DNA of 64,000 bases from Marsupella aquatica (lineage: Eukaryota > Plantae > Marchantiophyta). The notes under the pieces are model-generated. The model did no database searches. It was not told where the DNA came from and was given only the letters and a program-made list of their open reading frames with translations. Below, one piece after another: positions 60,101-64,000 of the stretch. The stretch lies in assembly GCA_973895155.1 (NCBI GenBank), contig OZ316891.1:12986937-13050936 (forward strand), given 5' to 3'. The position numbers and the translations under genes are program-made. The number at the start of each line of letters is the position of its first letter. Position 1 is the stretch's first letter.

Positions 60101-62060
60101 ATGGCCGTTTCTCGATATACTGGGAATCAAACTATGATCAGGAATCACAGGAAGGGTTTTTCCCTGCACGAAGTACTTGTCTGCATGCCTGCCAATCTTC
60201 GCTAAGGAGTAATATTTTTTAGCACTTTCAAAAATTCAAGCCTTCCATGATTTCCCACAACTGATTCGGAATCGGCGGTCACTTGACCGCTAATAGAAAT
60301 CAGTGGATGAGGTAGCCCAAGAAAAAACTGGAGATCATAGGTCTTTACCTTCGGACGGTCCATCGTGCTTGGTAATGGCGCTACAAAAATCTAACGACCT
60401 TGACTATGTAACGATACTCAAAATTAGATTTGACATTTAATGTAAGGTACAATTTGAATTGCAGGCGTTTGAGGATAACTTAGTGGGCTAATTAGACCAA
60501 GGCGTTTGATGATAACTCAGTGGGAAAATTAGACCGGGGTGAGCTATGCAGCAAGTATGACATAGGTGCACTAAATTAGGCATGACGGTGAGCTATGCAA
60601 CAAATATGAGCTAAACGCCCACTGTATCTACTAGACCTGAGAGAAATTGAATCATTCTGTTTGACCTGACCAGTAAATCATGGGGCTGTCACTCCGTGTA
60701 CAAGGTCTCACCACTCGCTGAAACATACCGCAACCCACACTCCTGAATTCCTGAAAATCTGTGTGACTGTTGTGGCTATGCCTAATCACGCACGATTTTT
60801 CCTTCAACTTTTCAATTAGGTCGTCGTGCGTTTGGTGTCCTCTAGACAGCACGCATAGTTGTTGGATAGCTCCTAGCTGCAAATTTGATTAGAAGAATGG
60901 AATCCACACAGAAGATTGCAAAAGCTCCAGGTCGTCTACCAGTGATGTATTATTTGTCCGGTGCTGCCGCTAAATTCGTCACTACTCTTACATCCACGTC
61001 ACCCACACTCTGTCCTCAAGTAATTCTTTGTGCTTTTGTGCACATGCTACAACGACTTTTAAACTGAAGAGATTTCTAGTTGATCGGGCATTAGTTAATA
61101 CACACGCTGTAGTCCAGAGTTCGAACTCCTGGAAGTTTCGTTGCGCAACAGATTTCTATGCAGATAGGGAGACATACCAACAGCTTGTCTGTGGTGAAGA
61201 TAAAAGCACTCTGGAGGCATGTGGCTGCGACGTTGGCAATCGAACTTGAAAAATGCTTCGACCAAGGAAGGCGAAAATAAGAAGTCACGCAGCGACGACA
61301 AGATGTGCAGCAACCCAGGTGTGGATCTCGATCGGAGATATACAAGAATCTGTGGGTGCCGTTACCCCCCTTTTTTGTAATGTGCCCGGGTTTCCGGTAA
61401 AAGATGACACATGACTCTCTCTTGTCCACTCAATTACTAAGGGACAATCCGCTCTCAAGGTAGAGATGGAGACCCTTCCCGAAGTAGCCGTCGTGGGCAT
61501 AGGGCTAAATATAGCAATATTGGAGGACTCCAACATTTTGAGCAAAACTGGGAGGTAGGGAGCTTGCAAAGACCAGGCTGCGCATTCGATCGGAGCTCTA
61601 GGATCTCAATAACAGCTTGGACAGGAGCTTGATAGGAGCTAAGGGTTTAGGAGCTCCCCACAATAAAGCGAATGTGTGGGACAAGACACAAGATGCGCGC
61701 AGCGAGCTTCATAAGAACCACAGGAGTTGCAGCAGTAGCGATTTTCACGGCTAGATTTGCTTACAATCCTCCAGGATGTCTAGATGGTTTTGGTGCATGT
61801 TTGAAATCTTATCTTAGTAGAACAGGTCAAGGTCAAGGCCTGGAGATACGAATTGTTGTAAAGTTCTTGCATATTTCGTGTTAATTTCTCATGTCAATAA
61901 CAGGAGATTATACCGTAGAAACCAAAATCCACTTTATATCGAAACGAGACATGGTCATAGAATTTAGATTTAAGTGAAATATTGTTCAAACAATAGAAAA
62001 TGCGTACTGAATTCAGTTCATCTAAGTTGTAGACCTCTCAGTCCAAATTATACAGTAGAT

Positions 62061-62220
62061 TAGACATGCAATTGACTTGTTCACTGAGGTTGCAGAAGTC
62101 TCAGTCCTGCACATTTATTCGAGCAGAGGTAGGACCTTAATAGACATGCAATTGACTTGTTCACTGAGGTTGCAGAAGTCTCAGTCCTGCACATTTATTC
62201 GAGCAGAGGTAGGACCTTAA
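62061..62220. repeat. Exact 80-bp tandem duplication
   Basis: 62061-62140 is identical to 62141-62220. Confidence 0.95.
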
Positions 62221-62833
62221 TCCTTACCTCAGACTATGAAGCTTGCTCCCCTGGATCTGTCATTCTGCAGAAGTCAATAGCTGACATGACCATCTTCTCT
62301 GGACTGTTGAAGGATATCCTAGGTTTATTCAAAAAGCTTCGGGTACACATTAGACCATCCCTTGTGATTCCTGGTCTTGAAGGTCTATCGTCATATTTGA
62401 TGTGTGCTCTGTAAGCTTCGCCAGAAACGAATAGCCTATTTTTAAGTTTCCATGGTCTGACAGAGACAAGGGTTGTGACAATATTATAATGCCGGAACCC
62501 TCAAATCTATATACGATTTCAACTCAGCAACTGGGTATCCCGCCAATTTCAATTCAGACAGGTATTTTAGATCATGTTTATACTTAGCACAATGACTGGA
62601 ACAAGAAAGGTCATGAGCATTAAAGCTCGTTTTAGGTGTAAGTAGAGGAGAGGTACAGTAGAATCCAATGAGTTCTACTACCGAGTGACAGTATCAGTAA
62701 AGCATCCTTCCAGTTTGGTGCACCGGATCATCTCAAAAACATTCTGGTATTGGCTGGTCCGAAGAAAGTGACAGGTAAACATTGTAGTTTGAGACGTGCC
62801 ACTTACCACCGAGTGGGCATTGTGCTCTTCCAT

Positions 62834-63246
62834 CCTGGAATTGAGAAGATTGCATGAATAACTACATCCGAGCAGCACACAAATTCTCCTAGAAGTCTAC
62901 TTCCACTGTTAGAAAAGTAAGTCACTGATTGTGTATTTCGAAGCCTGGAATTGAGAAGATTGCGTGAAAAGCTACATCTGAGCAGCACACAAATTCCCTA
63001 GAAGTCTGCTTCTATTGTTGGAAAACTGAGTCAAATGTGCACTGTGTACTTCCAATCCTCGAATTGCGACGATTGCACGAATAACTGCATCCGACAGCAC
63101 ACAAATTCCCCTAGAGTTCTGCTCCATATTTGGAACACTAAGTCAGAGTGCAGCAATCCTGGAATTGAGAAGATTGCATGTAACTACGTCCAAGCACCAC
63201 ACAAATTTCCTTAGGAGTCTGCTTCCATTTTTGGAAAACTAAGTCA
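62834..63246. repeat. Four-unit ~110-bp tandem array
   Basis: CCTGGAATTGAGAAGATTGC..AACTACATC..AGCA.CACACAAATT..CCTAG..GTCT.CTTC..GGAAAACTAAGTCA starts at 62834, 62944, 63057 and 63158. Confidence 0.9.
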
Positions 63247-64000
63247 GCTTCTTGAATCCAAACGGTCACCAAAAATCCCACTAGATATGGAAACAAACAC
63301 TCTTAAGCAATGTCGGACTTAGAGTCTAGGACTATTGCTCACATATGTAGGTTTTCAGGAATGACGTGCTCGACGGCCCTAGCCTTATTCTTGACAGCGA
63401 TGTTAATTATGCTGCGCTAAGGATCTCGACAACATTAGAGGCATGTACAACTTCGAAATCCGTCTACTTGAAGAGATGTGACATCTAATGTTTTAAGAAA
63501 GGAACGTGGTTGTATTTATTGTTTCGGCAGAGAGTCTTTCATCTGCATTCCATCGTGGATTGAAAGCTTTTCACGACAAACATAAAAAGAAGTGCTCCTG
63601 GTTATCTGTTCAAATGAAGCCCCAATGTTTAAAGACCGTATCATCTCTCATGGTTTCTCTCCTACAGACTTGCGTCTCTTTAAAACCCACCAAAAGCTTA
63701 TATCACCACAGCAATCTCACACTTCAAAGTAAAATGAATTGTTACCACTTTGCACTTTCACTCATCGAGATTTAGACATTCACTAGAAAGGATTTTAAAT
63801 TGGAGTACTATTTGTATCAAACCAGGGCGAGTCAGTCGTCACGTGGGGAGGAGAATGGGAAACCCTGGCGGAGAAAACTTTCTGCAACTTACCACTTTAA
63901 TGACAACAACACTTGAGCAACAATAAAAAACCAAGACAATAGCACAGCTGCAACGACAACTGGAAAAGGAGGGGAATAACGATGAGGCCAAAAAATGTGC

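Noticed and set aside
62834-63246. CRISPR-like repeat-spacer appearance
   Set aside because: Repeats are about 90 bp and diverged, the linkers are 12-23 bp and related to each other, there are no cas genes, and the context is eukaryotic.

Overview
Eukaryotic land-plant genomic DNA. It is intron-rich and repeat-rich. The protein flavour and long leaders suggest a non-seed plant such as a bryophyte or lycophyte, but that is inference. Five apparently intact genes can be read: the last exon of a CHR4-like CHD remodeller (+, window start), a 13-coding-exon cytosolic UDP-xylose synthase (-), an SSUH2/At2g38000-like zinc-finger protein ending in a CaaX box (-), an ABI5/ABF group-A bZIP (+) and a SWEET sugar transporter (-). 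Two gene relics are present: an orphan YUCCA last exon with a broken acceptor, and an intronless, 3'-truncated PDI copy starting about 40 bp after the bZIP stop codon. Mobile DNA includes a TSD-flanked Tnt1-like Copia element with a deleted PBS, Mutator-like and Tourist-like MITEs, a 650-bp foldback, and MuDR and CACTA remnants. There is also a three-copy, TSD-less family whose asymmetric inverted repeats and terminal hairpin resemble Helentron/HINE elements. That family and the PDI insertion are the best leads for something undescribed. No tRNA, rRNA, CRISPR or recognisable miRNA was found. All exon coordinates were read by eye and need RNA-seq confirmation.
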